Assembly (NCBI GenBank): GCA_964016885.1
Contig: OZ024743.1
Span: 180,420,001 to 180,484,000, forward strand
Reading direction: 5' to 3'
From: Eledone cirrhosa
Lineage: Eukaryota
DNA: 64,000 bases
Both the position numbers and the translations under genes were made by a program. Numbering within the stretch: the stretch's first letter is position 1; each line of letters begins with the position of its first letter. The notes beneath the pieces were generated by a model. The model had not been told where the DNA came from. It did not search any database and worked only from the letters and a program-made list of their open reading frames with translations. Positions 44,149-54,860 of this stretch are shown here, one piece after another.

Positions 44149-44150
<2 letters not shown>
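43073..44150 (+). repeat. 260-bp tandem array (4 units plus ~40 bp) with a tRNA-like module
   Basis: CTTTAGTCAAAA starts at 43073, 43333, 43593, 43853 and 44111. Flanked by (TA)n. Confidence 0.95.
43204..43274 (+). tRNA. tRNA-like sequence, anticodon GGA, short variable loop (copies at 43464, 43724 and a damaged one at ~43984); probably not a translational tRNA
   Basis: 71-nt cloverleaf: GATGTGT/GTACGTC, GTGT/GCAC, TGGT-CTGGATA-ACCA, ATGGG-TTCGACT-CCCAT. A and B boxes are intact and TTTTT lies downstream. Confidence 0.6.
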
Positions 44151-44196
<46 letters not shown>

Positions 44197-45146
44197 GATG
44201 AATACTTCAACATGCACTAAGTACTTGTAGAAATATGCAAGGTGTTTATAATAGTTGTAGTTCGATGGTACTAATTTGAGATACCAGAACAATATAAAAA
44301 GAGCGGAGCAAGCGGTTATCAAATAATTCTCTAAATAAATTAAAAAACGATTTAAATAATCACCTGTTCGATTGCTGTCGAGTAGTAATGGTCTGACTAG
44401 TTTCAAACTGGTTATATATATATATATATATATATATATAAGAGCATGTCAATTGTAGGGTAGATTGCCACACCATAACAAATGCTGCTTTTAATACCAT
44501 TGTACATTATATATTTATGGTGTCTTTCTTATAGTTTTGCTTGTGTTTGTCCGTCAGTATTCTTCTTACAATTAACTCCCATCCTTGAACGTGATTTGTC
44601 TAGACTGAAGATGTGTTTCTAGAAAGTGTGTATGTAAAGACAATGCACAATTATTTTTTAACCACAAGCTCCATCTTCATATTATCCTTTGAAATTAGTA
44701 TATCAAGATAACTAAAAACATTATAGCAATTCAATGATATTTTTTAACAACAATTTTATATATAATCAAATTAATAACTTTCAAACTAAATCTCTTACCA
44801 TGTGGTGATTTAGAGCGTTGGTTATAACAAAGACTGTCTCGAGCAAATATATTGTTAAAACATATCCTGCTATTTTAACGACACCAATTTTGAAATATCA
44901 ATGCAAAAATATATATATATATATATTGAAACAGTTTCTCTAAGAGTTATATTCATTGCGTGAGGAAGCCACTTGCAATATTGTATAATTGTTTCTGCAA
45001 TAAATCGATAGCAGTTCGCAGTCTTAGACACGATCTCCGAGGTGTTGGTATTTAGTTTCGATATATTAAATACATACATGCATATATACATACATCTCTA
45101 GACATGCACGCAAACACACACTGGTTATATATATATATATATATAT

Positions 45147-45472
45147 GAAAGGAACGATCGACTTTCGTCAAATCGGACCGAGGGAACAATGTTTCCGTTG
45201 GTCTTTCCAATTGCTAATACTATCTATCGGTCGCAACTCCAGGTAGAAGGAGCAACGTGAAATAAAGTGTCTTGCTCAAGGACATAACGCAATCGTAAGG
45301 TTGTGAGTTCGATTCCTTTACCAGGTGATGCGTTATGTCCTTGAGCAAGACACTTTATTTCACGTTGCTCCTTCTACCTGGAGTTGCGACCGATAGATAG
45401 TATTAGCAATTGGAAAGACCAACAGAAACATTGTTCCCTCGGTCCGATTTGACGAAAGTCGATCGTTCCTTT
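45147..45472. mobile_element. SINE-core element with an inverted duplication of its own 3' 144 bp
   Basis: 45147-45290 is the reverse complement of 45329-45472. The spacer carries a B box (GAGTTCGATTCC). The same tail also occurs at 13620-13720. Confidence 0.75.
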
Positions 45473-45971
45473 ATATATATATATATAAGAGCACACACAC
45501 ACATATATATATATACATATACACACACAGATATATATATATATACATATATATGTATAAATATACATATTTGTATATATATATGTGTGTGGGGGGGACG
45601 TGAGTGTAAAAAGTAAAGAGAAATAACGAAGCAAGCTAGACTGTACAACGAAGGAATTTATTAGTTTGACGCTTGAAATAATAGAAACGAGTATTAACGT
45701 TTCGGACACTAGACATTTATCAGAAGATAGAATGAGAAATAAAAGATGAAATAGAAAGGTAAAGAGTTAGAAGAAGAAGGAAGAGAAAAGGAAATTGAGA
45801 AAAACAAAAAAACACATGTGCGTATACAGTTAGCTATATTTGATTGTATCTATATCTATCTTTCCCATCATCTCTCTCCCCTTCTCTTTTTCCACCTTTC
45901 TCTCTCTCACTCTCTCTATCTATCTATCTATATATCTATCTATCTCTCTCTCTCTCTCTCGCTTTCTGTCG

Positions 45972-46039
<68 letters not shown>

Positions 46040-46249
46040 CTCTCTGTATATATATATATGATAATAATAATATTATTTATACTTATATATAAACTATATA
46101 TAATTATAAACAGGAAAGGTCAGTATTTTTTTCATTTTTTACCACCTTATTACCAGTATGAAAAATAGCTCAATGTAAATACATGAGATGTATTACAGAG
46201 CAGGAATATAAAGTACAGAACAATCAAATCTATGTTTAATACATTTTAT

Positions 46250-46296
46250 TGCTGACAATCGTTTCTTCCAAACAGCCTTTTGGAATCATCGGAACA
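46250..46296 (-). ncRNA. Type I hammerhead motif with U4C core change
   Basis: Reverse complement reads TGTT-CCGATGA-TTCCAAA AGGCTG TTTGGAA-GAAA-C GATT G-TC-AGCA-ATAAAA. Confidence 0.6.
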
Positions 46297-46850
46297 TTAG
46301 CAAATTTTAAACACATAATAAAATTCATATTCTACAGAACAATCATAAAGATACGTTGATATTATTGTTGCTATCAATAGTGTCATATTCAAAGAGAGTG
46401 AAGATGTTGTGGTATGTAGCAATGTATATAATAAAGAGTATAAAAGAAGGTTACTCGCAAAGGAGGACATTAGTGGTACCTAGGCATATAGACAGTAAGA
46501 ATGCAGAGGTATTAAGCATATACAGCATACTATGGGAAAGAAAGCAAAGGTATTAAGTATAATATGGCAACGATATCACAAAATATAGGTGTAATAAGAT
46601 GAAGATATTAAGCAGTCAGGAATGCATGGGTAGAATATAAGGTGAAAATTGTGAAGCAGCTTGTGTTTCGTTGATGCATGTGTTGAGAGTGGATCAGATA
46701 AATAATTAAATAAACAATCCAAGCAGAAGTAAAGCTATTGTGTAGAACAAAAAATGTTATGTAGTACCAAGATAATTATATTTAAAACAGTTTCTATGTG
46801 AGTTTATTGTCAGCAATAAAATGTATTAAACATAGATTTGATTGTTCTAT

Positions 46851-46939
<89 letters not shown>

Positions 46940-46941
<2 letters not shown>

Positions 46942-48590
46942 CTAATTTATACGGGAACAAAACAGAGAGGCAGACAAATAAAGGTTTATTAGGTTCACGC
47001 TTTTGAGAGTGGGGGTGGAGAACGACGTTTCGGGCATAAGCCCTTCTTCAGGAGTAAATAGTTTAGGAAGAGAGTTCAGAGGGTGTGTGCAAATACATTT
47101 AGAAAAAAGGGGGAAGGAGAACAAATAAAAATAAAAATAAACGTAAACGTAAAAATAAACATAAGAATAAACAATAAGATGGACAAGTTGTGGAAGGGTG
47201 TGAGGCATGTAAGGGTGGTGGCGGGTGGAGTTGGGAGAGGGAGGCGGAGGGACGAAGCGAGGAAGGCTGAAGGTGGTGTTTGTGTATGTGTGTAGGTGTA
47301 CGTGAATGTGTGTGCGTGTGTATGTTAGAGTTTGAGGAAGAACGAGGTTCCATGTTCAGGAAAAGGTGTGTGCGTGGGGTGCGGTGTAAGTCGGTTTGTG
47401 CGTACGTGTGGAAGGAGAGGGGTCATGGGATGGGGGTGGCGTGTGGGATCCGGAGGTTGTGTACATGTGGGGTTACGCACGTGTGTGTTTGTGTTTATAT
47501 GTGGTGTGGATATGGGTGGCGTGGTGCGAAAAAAAATGTGTGAGTGTATGTTCGTGGGTAAGGTACTGAGGTAGTTCCGTCAGATGTGTGGAGAGGTGCT
47601 GGATATTTTTCAAGAGATGGGGTGGATGGTCGGAGAGATGACCGAAGGTGTAGAATCCAATGTTGGTGGTGGTAGGAAGTGGAGGGAAGTGGGGTTGGCA
47701 CGCAACAGGAAGTGATCAGAGGGTCAAGACATGGTGTAGAGATAGCAGTAGAGTGGGATAACAGGTGGAGTGAGGTGAGGACTGTGTGTGTGTCTGTGTG
47801 TGCGAAGGTGCGGTGGACAGGGGAGAGGATGGGTAGGTGTGAAGGGTGGAGGGGGAAGGTGGTAAAGTGGGGCGATGGGGTGTATATTAGTAGAGGTGTT
47901 AGTGGGATGTGTGTGCGTGAAGGGGTGTGGGTGGATCGGGGAGAGGGAGAGAGAGTGGGAGAGAAGAGGTGTTGGGGACGGAGAAGGGAGTGTAGTGTAC
48001 TGGTGCGTGTGTGCGTGTTTGGATGAGGGTATGTGTGGTAAAGGGGGTGTTAGTGGGTGTTAGTATTACATGTGATGGGGAAAGGGTGGAAAGCGGGTGT
48101 GTAAGGGGGATTAGTGGTGGTTGGGTATGTGAAGTGGGTGGTGTACATAAGTGTAGGTGTGTGTGTGTGTGATGGTGTGTGTTCGTGTGCGTGGGGTCGG
48201 GGGGAAGTTAGTCATGTTAGTTATGGGGTGGTCGGAGTGGATGTGTGGGTGAGGGTTAGTGGTGGTAGTAGGGTGTGTGGATGGTGAGTGCGTGTATATA
48301 TATTCAGGCGGGTGTGTGCGTGTTAGTATAGTTAGTTGTGGGATGGGCCAAGGGGTGGGGGTGAAAGGGGAAGTGTGTTAGAGGTGTTAGTGGGAAAAGG
48401 GTGGGGGATGGGTGGGCGGTCGGATGAGCGGTCGAAGGCTAAAGGAATAGGGGTTGGGAGTTCAGGCCGGGGGGGGGGGTCGGTCTGGAGGGTGAAGAAG
48501 GTGCGTTGTTCGACCGTGAGGCGGGTGGCGGTTGTTCCATGGCATTAGAGAAAGCCACAGACTGTGAGGTGGTGGGCGGAATGTCCAGGG
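46940..48590 (-). mobile_element. Degenerate strand-biased element ending in an HHR, AATAAA and (TA)n (probable PLE derivative)
   Basis: G/T-rich + strand, terminal HHR, no recognisable intact ORF. Confidence 0.4.
47019..47055 (-). ncRNA. Ultra-minimal hammerhead motif
   Basis: Reverse complement reads CTGAAGA-A GGGC TTAT GCCC-GAAA-CG-TC. Core and stem II are perfect; stem I is poorly paired. Confidence 0.6.
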
Positions 48591-48666
48591 GATATGCATG
48601 TATATATGTGTGGGTGTGTCTATATATATTTATATATACAAGTGTGTGTATGTGTGTGTATGTAAC

Positions 48667-48736
<70 letters not shown>

Positions 48737-49539
48737 ACATTTAGAGTTAGACTAAGATTGTCTCTCTATTTCAGAAAACTAACAACAATATTATTATTTG
48801 TTATTTCAAGAATTCTTAGAACACCTGATCACATGTTTATTGATCTAAACTTGAAGTTTCTCTTTTCCTCGGAATTAAACGCTGTATTGAGCAAATTGTA
48901 TTGAGCATCCATCGAACAACATCGTTACGTTCTCCGGCGTAATTATCTTTTACTGCAATGTTACAAAACTTCTAACGTCTGTCTCGAACCCTGCGGCTGA
49001 TCGGGCTAGTGGTTATCGCGGTTTTGGTGGCGTGATGCGAATGAGAGGACGATTCTCCCCCTTTGACAGGAGACCAGTTCAACCCACCAGCTATTGTTGG
49101 CGGTACTCATATTCAGCTAAGTTTACTGGATCATCACGAAATGAACTGTTTTGCTCAAGAACACAACACAGTCCAGAAATTGAACCGACGACATTATGGT
49201 CCTGTGTCTAATACCCTTAACACGATGCTACACGCCTCCACTTTTACTGCAACCAAGCACATTAAATAAATCACATGAAATGATGTTCAGGTTTCATAGA
49301 CTTCGTGTATATAGCTTAGTTCATACTGCGAAAGTTAAATATGTGCTAAATTCCAGTTAAATATATAATTCCTTTTGACTTCAGTGTGATGTTTAGCCAA
49401 CAGATTTGAAATATTCAATGGGAGTTATACTAGGTTTGAAGCTAATAGAAAATGATGCTTGAAATAATTCGGAATCAATAAATTAGTACCGAACTTTGTG
49501 AAGAAGCAGCTGACTTAAGGAATGTCTAAAGACGCGCAA

Positions 49540-49613
<74 letters not shown>

Positions 49614-49628
49614 ACGCACCCCCCCCCT

Positions 49629-49668
<40 letters not shown>

Positions 49669-49761
49669 ACAAAGAAAGTGTGGTAAGGAACCAGGTGGGC
49701 CATAACGCACCAGAGTACTCGATACTTAGGGTAGTAGAGTGGGTAATAGGAAAAGAATCAG

Positions 49762-49917
49762 TATATATATTCATTTTATTAAGGCTGAATAGCAAGTTTT
49801 GTTACTCTGGAGTTTCACCTGTTTATTATAGGGCCACGAGGCAAGATAAGTGATAAACGGGCGAAAGTCCAGAGTAACAGGACTCGCTATTCAACCTTGA
49901 TAAAATGAACATATATA
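49762..49917. repeat. ~68-bp imperfect inverted repeat of a PLE-like end
   Basis: TTCATTTTATTAAGGCTGAATAGC..GTTACTCTGGA.TTTC.CC.GTTTAT is mirrored at 49851-49917. Confidence 0.7.
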
Positions 49918-49946
49918 TCTATATATCTATCTATCTATATATAAAG

Positions 49947-50044
<98 letters not shown>

Positions 50045-50080
50045 AAAAATAACCCAAACACTGCTAACTATATTATATTT

Positions 50081-50140
50081 TAATTTAAGTGCGTTTCATC
50101 CTTAATATTAGTAGATTAATATTAGGGGTCCTCAGAATTA
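50081..50140 (-). ncRNA. Type I hammerhead motif (stem III mismatch)
   Basis: Reverse complement reads TAATT-CTGAGGA-CCCCTAATATTA..TAATATTAAGGAT-GAAA-CGCACT-TA-AATTA. Confidence 0.6.
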
Positions 50141-50274
50141 CATAAGATATAGTTTTGTTTACATTTTTAAAAGATCATACAGGAGGTAGAGTTTACCACA
50201 AGTCAGACTGCTGAGGTTACTCACTCAAGCACTCAAACGAATAAACACAATGTGTATTGTATATTATAATAAAT

Positions 50275-51615
50275 AATACTCTGTATATGCTACCTTATCG
50301 ACAAATCCACTCCGAGCAAGAGCTTCATTGTAATATGTGGAATGTTCGTTGAAAATATGCTCGTTAGTAGATAGACATGAAAGCCTCAAAGAAACGTTTC
50401 TTACCAGGGTCTTGGTTATGCTGGCAGGATGGTTAGAATGCTTACTTATGTAATTAAGCGTATCACTCGGCTTTCTATACGGGTAATGCAAGCTCTTGCT
50501 CGGAGTGGATTTGTCGATAAGGTAGCATATACAGAGTACGAGAATAGACCTAGAAGAAATAGATCCCGACGCATTATATGGTATAACCCACCATATAATA
50601 TGGAGGTGGCCACACCATTAGCTAAGATCTTTCTCTCCCTTATTATGAAGCATCCCCCCCCCCCTACACATAAATATAGTAAAATTTTTTATAGAAATAC
50701 CATTAACATTTCTCACTCTACGACTCCTAACCTTGCACATAACATCACAGCTTCAAATTTAGCTAAACTACCTAACCGTAGGAAGACGTGCAACCCTGTA
50801 GTTAGTACTAACTGTAATTGTAGGAATCGGGTTGACTGCCCCTATCCGGGAAATGCCTCACTATTAACATTGTATACAAATGTAAGCTTGAAACACCCAC
50901 GTCCCGTAGGGCCTATATAGGGTTAACCTCCAATAGATTCAAGCAGCGTCTTTACATGCATACCCATTATTTTCGTTACCCTTTAAGAAGGAATATGATG
51001 CCACTTTCAGCTTATATCTGGAGTCTAAAAAACAGCCACACCCAATATAAGTTACACTGGGAGATCCTAGCTTAGGCTAGATCGTATGACGGAAATAAAA
51101 GACCATGTGACCGCTGAGGCCCTGGAAATATTCTACGCCAAAGACCACATCTTAAACAAAAAATCTGAGGCAATTTCGGCTTGTAAACATAAATTGCACA
51201 AAAGTTTCCTGTATTACAGCCCCACATTATACCCCAACGGATAGTACGAACTATACGCGGATATTTTACGTCTTGATGTGGTAGCTAAGTATATGTTATG
51301 TTTATACCATTACTTATTTGTATAGGTAAGTATATATTACCTGTATGTTTTATGAAGGGAACGTTTCCACGAACCAAAATATCGTCTTCCTGTCTTCCTC
51401 CTGTTGCAACGTTTTTTGAAATATTCACTTCTGCGTTCACAGATTGACTTTGTTAGTTTCAGAAGAATCTGTTAAGGGTGAAAGCACCGATTCTTTGCTT
51501 AAACTTTAATCTGTTATTTTAATAAATATTTGCTCTACGGTTCTTATATATTCGATATATATTTATCCTTATCAAGCCCTCTTTGGATTTTAGTCTTCAA
51601 ATTTATTATTATTAC
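50275..51615 (+). mobile_element. PLE-A copy with an inverted 5' segment: RT-thumb/linker, GIY-YIG remnant, 3' UTR and variant HHR
   Basis: Minus piece reads PYRKP.D.LNYI.K.SNHP.SI; plus piece reads IIWYNPPY..F.RNT..IS.S.TPNL..CNCRN...CP, then a frameshifted GIY-YIG. The inverted terminus is repeated at 51640-51712. Confidence 0.88.
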
Positions 51616-52093
51616 TATATATATATATATATATATATAGTAATAATAATAAATTTGAAGACTAAAATCCAAAGAGGGCTCGATAAGGATAAATATATAT
51701 CGAATATATAAGATATATATATATAAGAAATATATATATACGGGGTAACAGATTATTGTTGTAGTCCAGTTAGGGTACTCCGAGTAGTGGATGATATCAA
51801 CGCTTGGCTAAGTTTGACTCAACAAGGTGTTTCCATAGTGATGCTGCGAGTACGCGGTAATTCCTATGTTGTTAACACTTGGAGTAATGATAAATCAGGG
51901 AAGAAGAGTGACACGGTTTGCTATACAAAAAAGGTTTTTAATCTCACAAGCTTTCATTCTCACAAGCTCCGATGAATTGACTGGTTATAACTATGTATTG
52001 GCGATCGAATGACGTGAAAACAAGTGGGTAGCGATCTCTAGACCTACCATTTCAGAGAAACAATTGTCAGCAATGAGATTAAAATCTTCTTTC

Positions 52094-52195
<102 letters not shown>

Positions 52196-54329
52196 TATAC
52201 ATATATATATAATATAAATACTTTTTCATAGTTAAGAAGGACAGAATATATATGGCATCATATGTGCACCCATAAATATTCACCCACATATATATACACA
52301 CTCATACACACATATATATACACACACACACAAACACACACACACATTAATTACCTCCCTAATATACCCACTCTACATCTTATCATATTTCGAGTACTAC
52401 TCCAATTTGCGGTTTCCCTAGAACGAATACTACAAAGCATTCTATCCGACGTTCTAATTTGTTGCCTATATTAGAGGATGGAGATACCAGAAGCTGCAGT
52501 TGGGACCATTTGAATGAGGGAAAACAACATTTCAAATTCTTAATACTCAAGCATGACCTGTCACTTTCACATTCAATAACGTGTTGAAACACACTCTGTC
52601 AGAGATTGGTCCGTTGAACAGGCTTTTAAATCCAAATATTCCAATACACATGTAGTTCAACATACCTGAAAATGTATTTTTCTCTATATATTCCAGGTTA
52701 TATTTGAATTCAGCAGTACGAGTTAACAATATTACATATTACCTGTGTTTCTTCCGGCATGTTTTAGTTGTATCTACTTATTCTTAGTTGACAAGATTAG
52801 TGAGGTTTAAGTGCCTTGACTGTTAATGAAATAGTCACTGAATAAATCCAATTTGTATGCACTCCATCAACAATAATTAGCGAATATATTAGCGTTATTA
52901 TTCCTAATGCTGAGGCATATGTAAAGTATGACAACATGATAGATCTATAGATATTTCTAAACATTTTGCTGGTAGCAATCTAGTAGATGAATAAGAATTT
53001 GTAATTTTTCTTCGGTTTATGAACTTTTTAATTCAATATGCCACACAGGTTACAGCATATTCTGTATTCGTTTCAATAGAATGCTGATTAATCAACAGTT
53101 TATGTTAAAAGTATATCCTCAGGCATATTTGGAATAACTGAATATCTCAATCATTGCTCAGCTATAAGATTTGTTTAACGATCTTTCATTAGTTATTCTA
53201 AAGTATTTTTAACCTCATCGGACAACAAACAAATTCATACACCTAATATATATGCAGATCAACTTCATAGAAATTTATAGTGTTTTCACTTTGTAGTTTA
53301 TTGTATGGTAGTAATATCTGAAAGTTATAAATTAGTCCTCTATAATTTTATATAAACTCTGTGTCGTTTTTCTGTTCATATATATGACGTTGAAGCGAAA
53401 TTCTAAAACATCTTTATACACTATGCTTTTCACAAACAAAAATTCCACTGCTACTAACAGTAATGTTGGTATGTAAACAAGCAAATCTACTTATATATAT
53501 AACCAGCAATTTCTCTGTCTGTCTGTCCGACAGTGGAAACACGTGCGTAGAGAGAGAGTGAGAGTGAAAGAAAGAGACAGACTACGAGAGAAGGATAGCG
53601 GGAGGGAGAGAGGGAGAGAGATAGAGTGAATAGACGCTAAAACACGTGCTACAGAAACATTACCTTCCACTCTCCACTGACTTTGGTCACCGAGGCCGAG
53701 GGAGTCGCGCTGAGCGCGTCATAATGACGTAATGCAGACAGCCAGACATACAGACAGATATTATAAGGGCGCAACGTTATATCTATGTATCTATATAAAA
53801 AGGAAGACTAAGAATTATATAGAGAGAACGCTAAATCGCCTAATGCGGTCCCTAAGGCATTGAAAATTTGAAATAATTTTTGCTCAAAATACTCACAGGA
53901 CCATAAGTGTTACATGTCTAAAGTTTGAAAACAATCGGTTGGATGGTTCTCAAGTTTTAGTGAGCTGACAGACAGACAGACATTCTCTGTTTTAGATATA
54001 TAGACTAGCAGAAAACCGGCCCTGGGTGGTTTTCTGCTAGTCTCCTTATAATATATTATCAGCAATTTCTCTGTCTGTCTGTCCGACAGTGGAAACACGT
54101 GCGCGCGTGGTTGTTATCTCTCTCTCTCTCTCTCCAGCTATCCCTCTCTTTTAGTCTGTCTGTTTCTCTCACTCTCACTCTTTCTCTTGGTAACACACTA
54201 ACATTCCTCCCCTCTATTGCTGTGACGAATGGGGAGATGGAGGAGGAGGAGGAGGAGAGAGTCACTTCGTCACTTCACCTCTGCCTTTCTTTCTCTCCCC
54301 TCTCACTCCCTCATTACGTATAGACATTA

Positions 54330-54522
54330 GGGCGGTGGATTGGCAGAATCTGTAGAGAGTCGGACACCATGCTTCATAGCATGGAGTTACGTCCCTTTAC
54401 GATCTGAGTTCAAATACCGCCGAGGTTAACTTTGCCTTTCATCCTCACGGGGTCGATAAAATAAAGTACCAGTAATGTACTGGGTAATTGCTGGCCTTGT
54501 GCCAAAAGTAGAAACGATTATT
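54330..54522 (+). mobile_element. Full-length SINE of the dominant family
   Basis: GGCGGTGGATTGGCAGAATC head, B box, core and tail. Confidence 0.85.
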
Positions 54523-54639
54523 AGAAATATTGCTTCATTTTTACATATCTAAGCATTAGTAAAATAACTAATAATTTCAAAAGTAATTTTTCAATTCCAA
54601 TTGTTATGAACAGCAAAACATTAATAATAATTTTGTTCT

Positions 54640-54785
54640 AAGAAATATATATACATTTCTGTCTGTGTAACATATATATACACACACAGAAATATATATA
54701 TATACACACAGAAATATATATACATTTCTGTGTGTGTAATATATATATATACACACACAGAAATATATATACATTTCTGTGTGTG

Positions 54786-54840
<55 letters not shown>

Positions 54841-54860
54841 GAAATATATGGACATTTCTC
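54640..54860. repeat. Palindromic ~41-bp minisatellite
   Basis: CAGAAATATATATACATTTCTGTGTGTGTAATATATATATACACACA units. Confidence 0.7.

Noticed and set aside
43073-44150. CRISPR-like array, or a hammerhead in the 260-bp unit (minus strand CTGATAA..GATA; plus strand GAAAGCTA)
   Set aside because: Whole units repeat with no unique spacers. The HHR-like reading needs two core changes and a G at the cleavage site, and the plus-strand half has no upstream CTGANGA.
49825-49850. TAGGGCCACG resembling part of a pistol ribozyme
   Set aside because: The complementary P1 strand and other conserved segments are absent.
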